A stretch of DNA of 63,698 nt, counting the filler, from Octopus bimaculoides (lineage: Eukaryota), in NCBI RefSeq assembly GCF_001194135.2. It is 5 parts of 5 records of this genome, joined end to end, with 100 filler letters (N's around TTAATTAATTAA, not from the genome) between each part and the next. Parts side by side here need not be neighbours in the genome. Positions count along the whole stretch, not along the records: positions 60,379 to 63,698 come from NC_068996.1; 4 more parts are not named here. One strand, given 5' to 3'. Numbering within the stretch: position 1 is the first letter of the stretch; each line of letters starts with the position of its first letter. This document shows, in pieces, positions 63,146 through 63,698 of this stretch. The position numbers and the translations under genes were made by a program. The notes under the pieces were generated by a model. The model was given only the letters and a program-made list of their open reading frames with translations, was not told the DNA's origin and did not search any database.

Positions 63146-63698
63146 CACACGTATCTACACATATCTGAATGCAAAACGATAGCGGTATAATTCTTGTATT
63201 GTCGGACGATTACGTACACGTGTCCAATGTTCACTCATGGGCAGTTGTATGTGGCATACTCTAGAGCTCGCAAACTCAGATGTAGGGGTTAATGTGATGG
63301 AGACAGACAGACAAGAGAGGAGGGCAAACTGTTACTAAGAACATTGTCTGCCGAGAGGTACTGACTTGAATGAGTGGAGTGCTTTCAGAAATTCTGCAGA
63401 CCCTTGATTGCATTAAGTATGTGTCGACCGATGTTCGGCCAAGCGTGATCTTTCTTTCTTGGCCGGCCGTTGTACATGTAACATCGTTATTCCTTCCTGT
63501 GCCTATGAAATCTGGTATTCCTGCTATAAGGCCTTATTTCCACAACGCCAGCTTAATTTAATTCGTCCTTAGTCGAAAGACACCTGTTGTTATGTCCTGT
63601 TTTAATATCTTTATTGTATTTGTGTGACATTGTTCGTTTTTTTTCCGTCCTTGTCCCATTCTGTATTATTTATACATACATATATATATATATGTGTG

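Noticed and set aside
204-63234. Most ORFs in the six-frame track (poly-HT, CV, YI, LS, RE, S, H and X-filled)
   Set aside because: They are translations of dinucleotide or trinucleotide microsatellites, or run through N gaps that hide stop codons.
63370-63590. 63-aa ORF and GC-richer patch near the window end
   Set aside because: No recognisable domain or clear splice signals; probably a repeat fragment, left unassigned.

Overview
This is eukaryotic, AT-rich, gene-poor and gap-riddled DNA saturated with microsatellites (CA, TA, GA, TAGA, ATGT, AAT, AGT, CAT, CTT). The repeat families resemble those I recall from Octopus (coleoid cephalopod), which is an inference and not a database match. 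I cannot confirm any host protein-coding gene; nearly all ORFs in the track come from microsatellites or N runs. Well-supported content: four tRNA-derived SINE families (dozens of copies, some with exact target-site duplications), two Tc1/mariner transposase relics, two Penelope-like GIY-YIG endonuclease relics, short Penelope-type terminal-repeat elements with hammerhead-like cores, a tandem pair of R4/Dong-type LINE 3' ends, hAT, pogo/Tigger and foldback MITEs, a Helitron-like element and a probable solo LTR. Four artificial 100-bp linkers (N44-TTAATTAATTAA-N44) show the window is five joined scaffolds, so adjacency across them is uncertain. The best leads are a CpG-rich candidate promoter near 62.1 kb whose putative first exon holds a 120-bp foldback MITE with a perfect 8-bp TSD, the hammerhead-like microsatellite-targeting element family, and several long inverted repeats that could be RNA-editing substrates. 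I found no demonstrably new biological system.
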